DNA of 64,000 nt from a virus (IMGVR_UViG_3300020469_003811:3795-67794), one strand, 5' to 3'. Positions 38,168 through 48,309 are shown, counted from the first letter of the stretch. The notes: generated by a model not told the origin, from the sequence alone. Made by a program: numbers and translations.

Positions 38168-39913
38168 TTATTCTGGTGCAACGTCTGTAGGAGGTGCTGT
38201 TCCACTAATTGGTGATGCTCCACCGCCTTCATTATCTTGCACATCTTCACCTGGATCTAGTTCTGGCGCCGCCGGTACAGGACTTGCTCCCACTGAGCCT
38301 AATCCTTCTGCACCTGGTCCCATAGACTGAGGCATTGTATCTTTATTTTCTTCTGCCCACATTTTCTCATTTTCAAAAATTTCTTCTTGTGACATTTTTA
38401 AGAATCTCTTCATTGCAAATCGTTTACTAATGTAAGGTGCAGTATTAACTTGATTGAATATGTTAACAAGTTGTGTGTCTAATTCAATTTGTCTGTACTT
38501 GCCAAAGTTTTGTGGTTCATTGAATTGTAATTCAAATGATCCTGAATCAATTTCAATTCCTCTATGCTTCAAGAACATTTTAAATTCTCTGTCAATGGCA
38601 GGTTGAATAAATGATTGTAGACGTTTACAGAATTTTGTAAATCTATATTCTTGTATGTAGGCTGTACCTACTCTACCATCTGTGAAAGCTGTTTGTGGAT
38701 CATTTGGTGTTGAAGGCAAGTATGCACTTGGCACTCTTAGACCTTTCATCAATTTATCATTGAAATATCTCAAGTCATCTATTTCACCTAATTGTGTTCC
38801 ACCTGGTAATGTTTCAACTTTAGATCCTCTGCCCTCTGCCGTTTGAGCAAAGAAATAATCTTCAATCATTGATAATGGATTGTATGTTGCGTCCATTATG
38901 TTTGTTCCACCACCTGATTGGTTTGGAATTCTTCTTTGGTGTATTTCGTTTTTAACTCTTTCAATAAAGCCCATTGCTTTAGTTGTTGGCATATTACCTA
39001 CATCAATATAGAACACTCTTCTTTCAGGTGCTCTTTGTACTCTGTAGATTATAATTGCGTCTTCTAGTAATTCTTTTTGTTTAAAAGTTTTAAAGATTGG
39101 TTCAAGTATTGATATACCAAAAGGCCAAAATCTATCCATGCCTTCTGTCATACTTAAATGTACAACGTGTGATGCATCAATTGGATGTACTGTAGCATCT
39201 TTTTGAAATCTTGAACCGTAAGTACCACCTTGTCCTGATGTTTGCGGTCCACCGCCCATTGATCCACCTCTAGCTTGAGTTGAACCAAAGCCACCAATTG
39301 GCATTGGTGATGTAGTTGCATATCCCATTGGCGTATTAAACTTTGAATATGAGTCTGATGTTAAGTTAAGATTTTTAACATTAAGATCTAAGTTTCTAAT
39401 AAAGTAGGCTTCAGGTCTTTTACCTTTACCTTCGTTGACAACAATCTTGTCTACAAAACTTTGATCAACCCAATACCATTTGTATGTTTGTGGGTCTCTT
39501 ACAAAGATTTGATCTCCATACTTTAGAGTGTTACGAACCATTTTGAAACAACGTTTGTTCCATTGGTTAATTTTGTTCCACTGATTTAGTGCATCACTTA
39601 ATAACGATACTTCAGTGTCTGTTGGATCATCTTTATAATGTACATTAAAAGGTGATTTGTTTTTTTCATCAATCTGTGTACAAAATTCTGCAATGGTATC
39701 TAGTGCTGAATTGATTTCAGTATCTAGGTCCATCATGTCATATTGATAATAACGTTCAACCCTGTTTGGTTGTCCAGCATATACTTCTGGTAACCATGAA
39801 TTGTATTTGGAATTTGATGCTGTATTTGGGTTGACCGTAGGTGTGATACTGCCCATCGCTGAACGCGAACCAGTTGCTGTATCGTAGGGTTTAAAGTATT
39901 TTCTCCAACTCAT
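38168..39913 (-). CDS. gp20: portal protein (T4 gp20-like)
   Basis: LEDAIIIYRVQRAPERRVFYIDVGNMP, EDYFF..EGRGS.VETLPGG, L.VP..YL. Confidence 0.95.
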   Translation of the reverse strand: MSWRKYFKPYDTATGSRSAMGSITPTVNPNTASNSKYNSWLPEVYAGQPNRVERYYQYDMMDLDTEINSALDTIAEFCTQIDEKNKSPFNVHYKDDPTDTEVSLLSDALNQWNKINQWNKRCFKMVRNTLKYGDQIFVRDPQTYKWYWVDQSFVDKIVVNEGKGKRPEAYFIRNLDLNVKNLNLTSDSYSKFNTPMGYATTSPMPIGGFGSTQARGGSMGGGPQTSGQGGTYGSRFQKDATVHPIDASHVVHLSMTEGMDRFWPFGISILEPIFKTFKQKELLEDAIIIYRVQRAPERRVFYIDVGNMPTTKAMGFIERVKNEIHQRRIPNQSGGGTNIMDATYNPLSMIEDYFFAQTAEGRGSKVETLPGGTQLGEIDDLRYFNDKLMKGLRVPSAYLPSTPNDPQTAFTDGRVGTAYIQEYRFTKFCKRLQSFIQPAIDREFKMFLKHRGIEIDSGSFELQFNEPQNFGKYRQIELDTQLVNIFNQVNTAPYISKRFAMKRFLKMSQEEIFENEKMWAEENKDTMPQSMGPGAEGLGSVGASPVPAAPELDPGEDVQDNEGGGASPISGTAPPTDVAPE

Positions 39914-39952
39914 GCTACTATTTATAATACCTTTTAATTGTTTGACTCTTGT

Positions 39953-39981
39953 AGTGTAGCTGAATTACCAATATATGTCAA
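39953..39981 (-). promoter_or_regulatory. sigma70-type promoter upstream of portal
   Basis: TTGACA-17 bp-TACACT. Confidence 0.55.
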
Positions 39982-39990
39982 GTGATTTTA

Positions 39991-42216
39991 TTATTTGTGT
40001 AATACAGTTTGTATGTTGGTATTGGATTTTTTCAATAGATCAATCAATGTTGTCATCTGTTCTTGGGTAATAACACCGTTTGCCGCAATCTCTTTCAGGT
40101 AATCTTCTGGTTTTTTCTCTTGATTAACATAACTTTGTGCATCACCAAACATTGGCATTATTCTAATTTTGCTTCTAGATCTTGCAGAAGAACCAACTCC
40201 GGCAGACCCTTGTCCACTATAATTGGAGCCATCTATATTAAAATTACCAGTACTTGTATTTCCTCCAAGTACTTTTCCTGAAGAATAATATTGACCATCA
40301 TTTTCATTTAATTTTTTTATTGCCGCGGCCACGTGTTCGGGATCAACCATTCCATCTTTTGCCGCTTTAAAACCGGCAGTTCCTGGTGTGGTCTGCATAT
40401 AACCAAGCATACTCATATTACCAGTTACTCTCATCATCTCGTAAAGAATTTTTCTTCGTTCTGCATCAGCTTGGCCTGGTCTACCGGTCGCAACATTATT
40501 ATATTGATCTCGTAATGCATCAAGTTTACCTAGTTTTTCTTTATTCATTCCTGTTGGTAATTTTTCAGCTAAACTTCTTTGCAGTGACGCACCTATGGCA
40601 CCTGCCGCTGTGTGGAACATACCACTCATGAATCTAGTAATACCATTCATAATTTTATTGATCATGCCAAATATTCCATTGTTTGGATCTGAGATAAAGT
40701 TTGCTAATTTATTTCCTAGGTCTGCAATATAGTTTCCAAAATTTTCAATTGCTTTGATCACACCATCTGTTAAAAATGCTAATGCCAATTTGTTAAATGC
40801 AACTCTTAATATTGTCATTGTTCTAGATAGTCTTGATTGTACCTGTGCTAACTCGCCTGGTTTTAATTCAGCTTGTGCTCTGGCCATCTCTTTGAAGTCA
40901 TTGGTAACAACATCAATGTTTTCAGACAAATTAGAAAGTTTGATAACTGCATCTGCCATTGGCACCCCAGCTATCTCTAATGCTTGTAATCTTCTTCTAT
41001 CAATTTTTCCAACCCTAATTACATTTTCTCTAAATGCATCTAGTCCTGCCGCAACATCATCTGTTCCTCCTCCACCGGAAATAATTTTATTCAATTTTTC
41101 CAATGAAGAATAAAGTCTAGGTGATACAGTTAGTAGTTGTCTTGCTGATTCATCAAATGCCAATGTACCTCTACCAATACCTTGTGACAACATACTAGAC
41201 AGTTGTCCACCTATCTCAGGACCAAATGCGGCCAAACCTGCAAAACCAACCTGTGCTGATTTCAAAGAATTCTGTCTCATAAAGTCTGGTAGCATTCTCA
41301 TTCTATTTGTGAACGATGCCATTATTGATGCTTGAGCCACCATGGATCTAATTACATCTGCTGATACTTTAGTAAGTGAAGAGAACTGCTGAGTTACTCT
41401 TAAAACTTCTACTGTATGATCTGCAAGATTTTGTCCATCGGCTTGAACAGCAATACCCATTCTTCTAAATAGTTCTGCTTGTTCACCAACTTGTTCATTT
41501 AACTCTGCTACAGACAAACCTAATAGTCCTTGTGAGTCTAATGTTTTTTGAACCACGTTAGAGGCATCAAACAATGTTGTGCCAAACACATCTATTGCTT
41601 TGCTGTATTGTGTCACGTATTCTGCCGCTTCGTCTACTGTCATACCTGCTTTTGCGGCCGACACACCCAGTGATGCTATTCCGTTTGCCACACCTTCTGT
41701 GGCCTGGAAATCAAAGAAACCTCCTCTAAATAGTGTTGCTTCTAATCTTCCCAACTTCATTAAAAACTTGAATGCTGTTGTTACTCCATGTACAAGTCCA
41801 ACTAGTGCCGCAACACCAACATTTAAAAATCTTGTGAACTTGCCAAGACTACCAAACACATTACTAAAAGCACTCCCAACGGTTCCACTAGGTGAAGCCA
41901 TTTTTTCTACTGCTGATACTAGTTTGGAATTGCCTTTTGACTGTTCTTGAAGTGCTTTCTTTTGAAGTTTGATTTCTTCTTGATCATTTCTTTTTTGTCG
42001 TGCGTCTTCTTTTGTTTGTTGCTGATGTGCTTTTTTTGTAGCTGTTGCTTCGGCTTTATTTCCTTCTCTGAGTATTTTAGAAATAAGTTTGCTATCGCCA
42101 GCGGCCACTCTAAGCTGTTCTTTAAGAATCTTTGCAATTTGCTGTATGCTCTCTTCATAGGCAAATTCTGGTATTCTTACCTGTTTTCCATCTAATTCTA
42201 TATCAATATATTTCAT
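39991..42216 (-). CDS. tape-measure-like protein
   Basis: 741-aa A/G/L-rich helical protein with a hydrophobic segment; divergent from a gp26-like gene. Confidence 0.6.
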   Translation of the reverse strand: MKYIDIELDGKQVRIPEFAYEESIQQIAKILKEQLRVAAGDSKLISKILREGNKAEATATKKAHQQQTKEDARQKRNDQEEIKLQKKALQEQSKGNSKLVSAVEKMASPSGTVGSAFSNVFGSLGKFTRFLNVGVAALVGLVHGVTTAFKFLMKLGRLEATLFRGGFFDFQATEGVANGIASLGVSAAKAGMTVDEAAEYVTQYSKAIDVFGTTLFDASNVVQKTLDSQGLLGLSVAELNEQVGEQAELFRRMGIAVQADGQNLADHTVEVLRVTQQFSSLTKVSADVIRSMVAQASIMASFTNRMRMLPDFMRQNSLKSAQVGFAGLAAFGPEIGGQLSSMLSQGIGRGTLAFDESARQLLTVSPRLYSSLEKLNKIISGGGGTDDVAAGLDAFRENVIRVGKIDRRRLQALEIAGVPMADAVIKLSNLSENIDVVTNDFKEMARAQAELKPGELAQVQSRLSRTMTILRVAFNKLALAFLTDGVIKAIENFGNYIADLGNKLANFISDPNNGIFGMINKIMNGITRFMSGMFHTAAGAIGASLQRSLAEKLPTGMNKEKLGKLDALRDQYNNVATGRPGQADAERRKILYEMMRVTGNMSMLGYMQTTPGTAGFKAAKDGMVDPEHVAAAIKKLNENDGQYYSSGKVLGGNTSTGNFNIDGSNYSGQGSAGVGSSARSRSKIRIMPMFGDAQSYVNQEKKPEDYLKEIAANGVITQEQMTTLIDLLKKSNTNIQTVLHK

Positions 42217-42318
42217 CGTGATAAATAATTAAGTACGCACTTAATAATCCTTATAAGTATCATTATAAAGATATTTATATAGACCTTTAAATACGTACTT
42301 TATATACTAGGAAAAAAA

Positions 42319-43173
42319 ATGACAACAAACGAAAAACCAAGTAACCCACTAAAGCAATATTATAGAGCACCTAAACTTTATACTAGTTTGCCATCTGCGG
42401 GTCAATACGACAGCACAGAAGAAAAGTCAGCTTCAGGTGAAGTGGCTGTGTATGCCATGACTTCTAAAGATGAATTGACTTTGAGAAATCCAGATGCATT
42501 GTTAAATGGCGAAGCTGTTATACAACTTATTAAAAGTTGTGTTCCAGATATTGCTAATGCAAGAGCATTGCCAGTATGCGATGTTGACATATTGTTAATT
42601 GCAATACGTATGGCAACATATGGAGAAATCATGGAGACAAAAATTAGATCTCCACATGGTGCCAAAAGAGAAGATGAATATAGTGTGAACTTGAACGTCA
42701 TACTTGAAAATGTACGACCAATAATGCCTGATCCAAATGTTGTTTTGAGCAACGGCATTGTTTGTTATGTTCGTCCGTTTACATATAATACACAAACAAA
42801 ATTAAATCTGTTGGCTTACGACCAAGCCAAAGCAATTCGTAACATTGAAGATGCTGGTGGCGAAGGATCTAATCCTGAACTGTCGCAATTTAAAACCATG
42901 TTTGTGAAATTAGCTGATCAGAACACAGACTCCATGGTTGAATCTGTTGTTAAAATTACCACACCTGATGGTGATACTGTTCTTGATAAAGCACAAATCA
43001 AAGAATTCTTATTAAATTTAGATGCTGTCAGCATCAAAAAAATTGATAATAAGATAATTGAGCTCAACCAATCCTCAAGCACCGTAAAACAAAAATTTGT
43101 TTGTAAAGAGACCAACGAAGAATTCGAATCGGAAGTGAGGCTCGACCCTGCGGATTTTTTCGTAGCTTCTTAA
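42319..43173 (+). CDS. baseplate hub assembly / tail assembly chaperone (T4 gp26-like)
   Basis: NPL.QY.R.P, LPS.G, MT..DE...PDALLNG, D.D.LLIAIR.ATYG, DP..FF C-terminus. Confidence 0.7.
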   Translation: MTTNEKPSNPLKQYYRAPKLYTSLPSAGQYDSTEEKSASGEVAVYAMTSKDELTLRNPDALLNGEAVIQLIKSCVPDIANARALPVCDVDILLIAIRMATYGEIMETKIRSPHGAKREDEYSVNLNVILENVRPIMPDPNVVLSNGIVCYVRPFTYNTQTKLNLLAYDQAKAIRNIEDAGGEGSNPELSQFKTMFVKLADQNTDSMVESVVKITTPDGDTVLDKAQIKEFLLNLDAVSIKKIDNKIIELNQSSSTVKQKFVCKETNEEFESEVRLDPADFFVAS

Positions 43174-43391
43174 TAACACACTCTCCTTCTGAGATAGCGA
43201 CGTACTTCGAAGAGTTGCAAAACGATCAACGACAGATCAGACAAAGTGTTTGGGAAGTGATGTGGTATATGCGTGGATCAATATCAATGAATGAGGCATG
43301 GGGACTTACGTTTGAAGATAAAAAACAAATACAAGAATTCTTAAAAGAAAATCAAGAAAGATTTAAAGGTGCCATGTCACCAATTGTTTAA
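43161..43391 (+). CDS. unannotated -1-frame extension of the gp26-like gene
   Basis: Open frame RSFLITHSPSEIATYFEELQNDQRQIRQSVWEVMWYMRGSISMNEAWGLTFEDKKQIQEFLKENQERFKGAMSPIV* begins at slippery T TTT TTC (43155-43161). Confidence 0.65.
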   Translation, partial: RSFLITHSPSEIATYFEELQNDQRQIRQSVWEVMWYMRGSISMNEAWGLTFEDKKQIQEFLKENQERFKGAMSPIV

Positions 43392-43645
43392 TTTGTTTTA
43401 GAAGATACCAATTTCATAGTCAACTGATAATCTTTGTATGCTTGATTGACTGCTGGATATTTTTTACGCAACTGTTTTTCTTCTTTTAGTTTTGTTTCAA
43501 ATCTACGTAATTTATTTTTTAAACTGTATTCTTCGTTTTTGTGAGAAGTTTTTACTATTGTTCTTCTGGTTATGATTGCTTGATTTTTGACTTCTTTTTT
43601 CAAAGCAAGGATTTCATTTTTAAGTGTTTTGTTGCTGTTTGGCAT
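43388..43645 (-). CDS. basic hypothetical protein
   Basis: 85 aa, LRKKYPAVNQAY.DYQ motif. Confidence 0.55.
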   Translation of the reverse strand: MPNSNKTLKNEILALKKEVKNQAIITRRTIVKTSHKNEEYSLKNKLRRFETKLKEEKQLRKKYPAVNQAYKDYQLTMKLVSSKTN

Positions 43646-43646
43646 T

Positions 43647-43970
43647 TTACTTTATATATAAACTAAAAAGAAAAGCATCTTTTCTGTTTGAAAAACTTAT
43701 TATTGCCTGTTGGTCGTTCCAATGTGTTCCATCTTCGTAGTCTTCGTATGTGTTTTCTGTGTCTTCAAAGTGCCAACCAAACTTTCCTTTGCAATGATCA
43801 CTGCACCAGTCAATATATTCTCCATTCACTCCATGTGCAGGCAGTCTTACTTTGTACTTGAACTCTTTTAGGTATCCGCAAGTTTTAGGAATAAGGCCGT
43901 TGTTCTCTAACCGGCAATCTCTGTAATCCCACTCGTTATCTAGTGGATCTGCTATTCTTGGTATTGTCAT
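43647..43970 (-). CDS. hypothetical protein
   Basis: 107 aa, WC...CKG.FGWHF and F....DA.LF motifs. Confidence 0.55.
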   Translation of the reverse strand: MTIPRIADPLDNEWDYRDCRLENNGLIPKTCGYLKEFKYKVRLPAHGVNGEYIDWCSDHCKGKFGWHFEDTENTYEDYEDGTHWNDQQAIISFSNRKDAFLFSLYIK

Positions 43971-44085
43971 CTTCTTGTGTTTCTTTCCACTTCCAATAAC
44001 CAGTTAACCAGTCTTTGTGACTAGTTTCTTTTTTTGAAATTTTAGTAGGTTTACTTTTTTTGTTTACTGTTTTTTTCTTCTTCAT
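43936..44085 (-). CDS. small basic protein (49 aa, not in ORF track)
   Basis: MKKKKTVNKKSKPTKISKKETSHKDWLTGYWKWKETQEDDNTKNSRSTR*; TTGACT-17-TATATT promoter (44093-44121) 7 nt upstream. Confidence 0.55.
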   Translation of the reverse strand: MKKKKTVNKKSKPTKISKKETSHKDWLTGYWKWKETQEDDNTKNSRSTR

Positions 44086-44138
44086 ACACTATAATATACT
44101 TGTTTATTGTGACAAAGTCAACACAATAAATAGAGTAA

Positions 44139-45602
44139 ATGACTAAGAAATCAAACAAAAATATAGATAAACCTATCTGCAACGCACCATTTACATCAGC
44201 TTATTACTTTGGGCTGAGAGGTAATTTGGGTTTTTGCTGTGCATGGGAAGATGACGAACAGCCGTATTACAAAGTACACAAAGACGGAGCTCCGGAAGAT
44301 TTTTGGACTAGCAAATACGCCCAAGACATCAGACAACAAATGCTTGACGGTGAATGGCCCAAGGGATGTTCTGGTTGTAAGTGGCACGTTGAACGAGGAC
44401 TAGAATCAGATATAGCTGGGTTTGAATCAATACCTGTAGATAAAAAAGACTTTGATGTTGTGTACGGAAATACCACACATAAAAAACCAGTGTATTTGGA
44501 TTACAGGCCAGACAATTTATGTAACTTGTCGTGTATACAATGTAGTCCCGCCAATAGCTCAATAATTGAAAACTTTGGAGACAAAGAAACATGGGGCATA
44601 GGTCAAGACACATGGCGTGGCTCTTTAAAAACACTTAAAGAAAATAAGGATAGACATCATGAAATAGAACAGTTTGTAAATGAACATCTTTTACATCAAG
44701 GATTGTTACAAATAAAAGTACTTGGTGGAGAGCCTACTATCAATGCTGGTGTGCAAAGAACTTTAAAACATTTGATTGATAAGGACTATGCTAAAGATAT
44801 TAGATTAAAGGTTACAACAAATTTTACTAATCTTAATAAAACATACGAACTGTTTTCTCATTTCAAAGAAGTTAGTGTAACTGCTAGTATCGATGGTGCA
44901 GGAAAAACATACGAATATGTCAGACACCCAGCCAAATGGAAAGTTGTTAAAAAAAACATATTGACTTTCATGGAAAAATATCTAACCAAGCCAGGATATT
45001 CACTTTCCGTAAACACCTGTATGATGGCCCACATGGCTTTTACGTTAACAGATTGGTTATCTGAATTGTCAGATATTTGGTTTCGAGAAAGACTTCATAT
45101 TGTGGGTAAACAAGGTATAGATAACTTGTGGGGAAATATTTCTATAATACCTGTACTTGAGCCTCACTCAACCATTAATGCAATACCCAGTAAATTCATA
45201 AATGATATTTTACATGAATTAGAAACATTAAAGAAAACACTAAATGGAAGAAACAAAACGTTTGTAGATGAAATAACTAAATTAGGCTTGAAGCCAAACG
45301 ACTGGCCGTACGTAGGCACACCAGACTACCTCATTGACAAACTGATAAAAGTATTTCAAGATCACAAGTATGATGAACAGGCTCACTATGCATGGGCAGT
45401 AATGGCCGTGGCACAGCACAACTTTAAAAATTGTGATCTCACAAAATTAGATCCACGTTTCCTAGAGATGTTTGATATGCTTGACGAAGGAACCGTGTTT
45501 ATAAAACATAAATTTTATTATCCAGATACTTACAAATCATGGAAGAAAAACAAAGAAAAAGATCCTAATTTTAAATTTTTTCCAACTGCAAAAAAGCCCT
45601 AA
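44139..45602 (+). CDS. radical SAM protein with N-terminal twitch-like Cys cluster
   Basis: CNAPF...FCC...CSGC N-terminus; NLCNLSCIQC; LGGEP; TTN; SIDG; YVRHPAKW. Confidence 0.85.
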   Translation: MTKKSNKNIDKPICNAPFTSAYYFGLRGNLGFCCAWEDDEQPYYKVHKDGAPEDFWTSKYAQDIRQQMLDGEWPKGCSGCKWHVERGLESDIAGFESIPVDKKDFDVVYGNTTHKKPVYLDYRPDNLCNLSCIQCSPANSSIIENFGDKETWGIGQDTWRGSLKTLKENKDRHHEIEQFVNEHLLHQGLLQIKVLGGEPTINAGVQRTLKHLIDKDYAKDIRLKVTTNFTNLNKTYELFSHFKEVSVTASIDGAGKTYEYVRHPAKWKVVKKNILTFMEKYLTKPGYSLSVNTCMMAHMAFTLTDWLSELSDIWFRERLHIVGKQGIDNLWGNISIIPVLEPHSTINAIPSKFINDILHELETLKKTLNGRNKTFVDEITKLGLKPNDWPYVGTPDYLIDKLIKVFQDHKYDEQAHYAWAVMAVAQHNFKNCDLTKLDPRFLEMFDMLDEGTVFIKHKFYYPDTYKSWKKNKEKDPNFKFFPTAKKP

Positions 45603-45625
45603 ATCAAACATCTTAAAAAAAGAGG

Positions 45626-45658
45626 TTGACTATATTTCCTATTCTGTCTTAATATAAT
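45626..45658 (+). promoter_or_regulatory. sigma70-type promoter for the candidate ncRNA
   Basis: TTGACT-18 bp-TAATAT (overlapping TATAAT at 45653). Confidence 0.6.
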
Positions 45659-45661
45659 GTT

Positions 45662-46150
45662 ATTAGGCACATTATAGGCAAACATAGGCAATATAGCATC
45701 TCTACAAAAAGCGAATTACGGTGTAACAACACAGGCGAATCGCACGATGCAAGACAAGTGTTAACTCAGGCACAAATGACAATGGCTCTGCTAGAGAAAG
45801 AAATGCAACCATTATCTTATACATAGACGGTCAGTTTTGGATATGTATAGGTCCCGTTGGATGAAGTAGGATTGATAGGGGTACAGGCCAACCGCCTCTT
45901 TAGGATCCGTAAGCTGGATGACTAATCTCTGGTAATATATAAAGCAATTTAATATTAACAAAGAAAAGTTCTTCACCCGTAGCAGGGTGAAGTATGGCCA
46001 AATCTTGGTAATAAGTGATACAAACAAATATCTAAGTAATCAAATAGAAAACAAAAAAGCTAATACAAAGTACACTATCCAATATGATAACATTCTCCTA
46101 AGAGAATAGAGCATTCCGCCGAAGAGGTGATACGGGTCCGCAAAGAAGGC
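45662..46150 (+). ncRNA. candidate large structured non-coding RNA
   Basis: No credible ORF in ~600 bp; stems GCATC/GATGC, AATGG/CCATT, CTTATACATA/TATGTATAGG, CTTCACCC/GGGTGAAG, ATTCTC/GAGAAT; AGGC repeats at 5' end. Confidence 0.6.
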
Positions 46151-46214
46151 TTGCAAATTTTAATTAAGTATTGTATAGTAAACATAATGACGAAGATTTT
46201 TTTTAGGGGCACCC

Positions 46215-46727
46215 ATGGGTAGTAAATCAAAAACCAAAGGCAAAATTTACGAAAGAGAAATTGCTAATTTTTTAAGTGACTTGTACAACGAGTCATTTAC
46301 CAGAGTACCGCATTCAGGTGCTTTCATTGGCGGACAGAATTTTTCTAGAATACAAAATTTATCAGAAAATCAAACAAGAGGTTTCAAGGGCGATATTATT
46401 CCACCTGACTCTTTTCCACTATTAGTGATTGAAGCAAAAAACTACGGAGAGTTTCGTTGGAATCATCTAGCACTAGGACAACAAGTCAAACAGCTAGACG
46501 AATGGATTGGTCAAGCAGAAGACAGTTGCGAAGACAAAGACAAATGGTTGTTGTGTGTAAAGATCACAAGACAAGGCGAATTTGTGTTATGGGATCCAAC
46601 ACGTTTTACCAATTTAGATCATGATTTGACTTACGGTAAGTATTGTTATATTGAAACAAGTAAGTTTTGGAAAGCCAACAGCGATAAAATCAAAGAACAA
46701 AGTAAAAAACAAAATGTCACAGAATAA
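46215..46727 (+). CDS. Holliday junction resolvase-like PD-(D/E)xK nuclease
   Basis: SKTKG..YERE.A, R.P.SGA, GDI, IEAKN; TTGCAA-17-TATAGT promoter at 46151-46179. Confidence 0.75.
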   Translation: MGSKSKTKGKIYEREIANFLSDLYNESFTRVPHSGAFIGGQNFSRIQNLSENQTRGFKGDIIPPDSFPLLVIEAKNYGEFRWNHLALGQQVKQLDEWIGQAEDSCEDKDKWLLCVKITRQGEFVLWDPTRFTNLDHDLTYGKYCYIETSKFWKANSDKIKEQSKKQNVTE

Positions 46728-47931
46728 ACTAACAGTAGTCATAGTTAAAAACAAAACTCTTTTATCAAGTATTAGAGATTACTTTTATCAAAGACTTTAT
46801 TTTGAGCCAGGCATGGATTATGAGCTGGGTTGGCGTGTTGACGGTCCTGTGTATTGTGAAGACGAAGAAGATTTACATACAGTACTAAAACAGCTGAAAT
46901 CAAATTTTGCAATGGTTATACAAGAAGGCAATTTCTTTTATGAGCATTTACACAATAACTTTATTTTACCACTTATCAAAAGTGGTGACCTAGACAAATA
47001 TTCATTAATAGGACACATACTAGATCGCAAAGAGCGTTATTATCAACTCCACAAACAATGTTTTATCATCAATTTAGATCATTGGAATAAAGTTGGTGCA
47101 CCTGATTTTAACTCTAGCGAACATCAAACTTTTATTGACGTTAGAAGATCAGAATCAAATTTTCATGATGATTATACTCCACATTGGATCGAAGCTGACA
47201 ACGGAATGAATGATTACAAAAAATGTAAAACCGGAGCCAAAGTGATTGGTGCGTTATTAAAAGAAAAATTTAAAGTAAGACCATTTAATCAATACGAAAG
47301 AATATTAAAAACTTTTGTATATTATTTCAAAGAAGAACAAGTAAGTCATTTACTAACAAGCAGTTATGTAACAGACAATTCGTATTACTATCCCAAAGCA
47401 ACATCTAAAAAAAACAAAAAGTTTAAAAAAAATCCGGAGCAGTTCATATCGGTTGCTAACGGTTTACAAAGTTTACAAACAATTTCCAACTGTTATGAGT
47501 CTATAAAAGAGATTTCATTTTATGATATATCAATGCCAGCATTGATCTTTACTGAACTATTGCTCAATCATTATCACTTTGATGACTATGTTGAGTTTGT
47601 AAAAGAATTTGATACAAAATACAATGGAGAAAAGTTTACAACATTACCTATACATAACAATACATATCAAGACTTGCTTGGCGATATAGATATGTCAGAA
47701 TATATTCCAATTATAAAACACATAAAAGATAACGTGAAAGTAAACTATTATGTTGGAGATATAACAAGAACGTCAATCATTGAAAATTTGGATAAACCAA
47801 CTGCTATCTATATATCCAATAGTTTCCACTACTCGCATAGCCTAATTAGAAAATCTGAATTAGACTATTACGAAAGTAAAATTGATCAACAATGTAAAAT
47901 TAAATATATTAATATTGAAACTATGCGTTAG
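46714..47931 (+). CDS. hypothetical protein (start revised to 46714)
   Basis: GHILDR...YY.LH.QCF.INL, RS..NFHDDYTP.W motifs; long ORF. Confidence 0.6.
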   Translation: MSQNKLTVVIVKNKTLLSSIRDYFYQRLYFEPGMDYELGWRVDGPVYCEDEEDLHTVLKQLKSNFAMVIQEGNFFYEHLHNNFILPLIKSGDLDKYSLIGHILDRKERYYQLHKQCFIINLDHWNKVGAPDFNSSEHQTFIDVRRSESNFHDDYTPHWIEADNGMNDYKKCKTGAKVIGALLKEKFKVRPFNQYERILKTFVYYFKEEQVSHLLTSSYVTDNSYYYPKATSKKNKKFKKNPEQFISVANGLQSLQTISNCYESIKEISFYDISMPALIFTELLLNHYHFDDYVEFVKEFDTKYNGEKFTTLPIHNNTYQDLLGDIDMSEYIPIIKHIKDNVKVNYYVGDITRTSIIENLDKPTAIYISNSFHYSHSLIRKSELDYYESKIDQQCKIKYINIETMR

Positions 47932-47934
47932 AGA

Positions 47935-48309
47935 TTATTTCAATCTCATGTGAAATAATAGTTCATTAATACTATGTACAATGTCATCGATGATGTCTTC
48001 AATATCAATGTAACCTAGATCGGTTATTGTTTCTTTAAATTTTTCGTATGCTGATCTTAAAGCTTCTAAAGACTCGATAACTTCTGGTACACCGTTATAA
48101 TCAACCAATTCAACTTTGCCTTGATCAATACTAATTTTTGTACCAGTTCTACCTGCCATTGCCTCAACCATTTTATCAACTGATTCACTAAAAGAATTAT
48201 AAAACTCACCTAGTGCTTCATGGTGTGCATAACTTTCAGTTTGCCAATGATAATATCTGCTTTGGTTTAAGTATTCCAAAGAATATCGTACTATTTGATT
48301 AAAGTTCAT
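47935..48309 (-). CDS. ferritin/Dps-like four-helix protein (DUF5856-like)
   Basis: HWQTESYAHHEAL.EFY...D...E..G. Confidence 0.7.
   Translation of the reverse strand: MNFNQIVRYSLEYLNQSRYYHWQTESYAHHEALGEFYNSFSESVDKMVEAMAGRTGTKISIDQGKVELVDYNGVPEVIESLEALRSAYEKFKETITDLGYIDIEDIIDDIVHSINELLFHMRLK

Noticed and set aside
45812-46027. 71-aa minus-strand ORF
   Set aside because: No SD or promoter, atypical composition, antisense to the structured region
45662-46150. tRNA, tmRNA, RNase P, SRP or group I/II intron
   Set aside because: No T-arm/CCA cloverleaf, GAGGAAAGTCC, SRP loop, P7 pair or domain V motif found by eye, and no gene is interrupted
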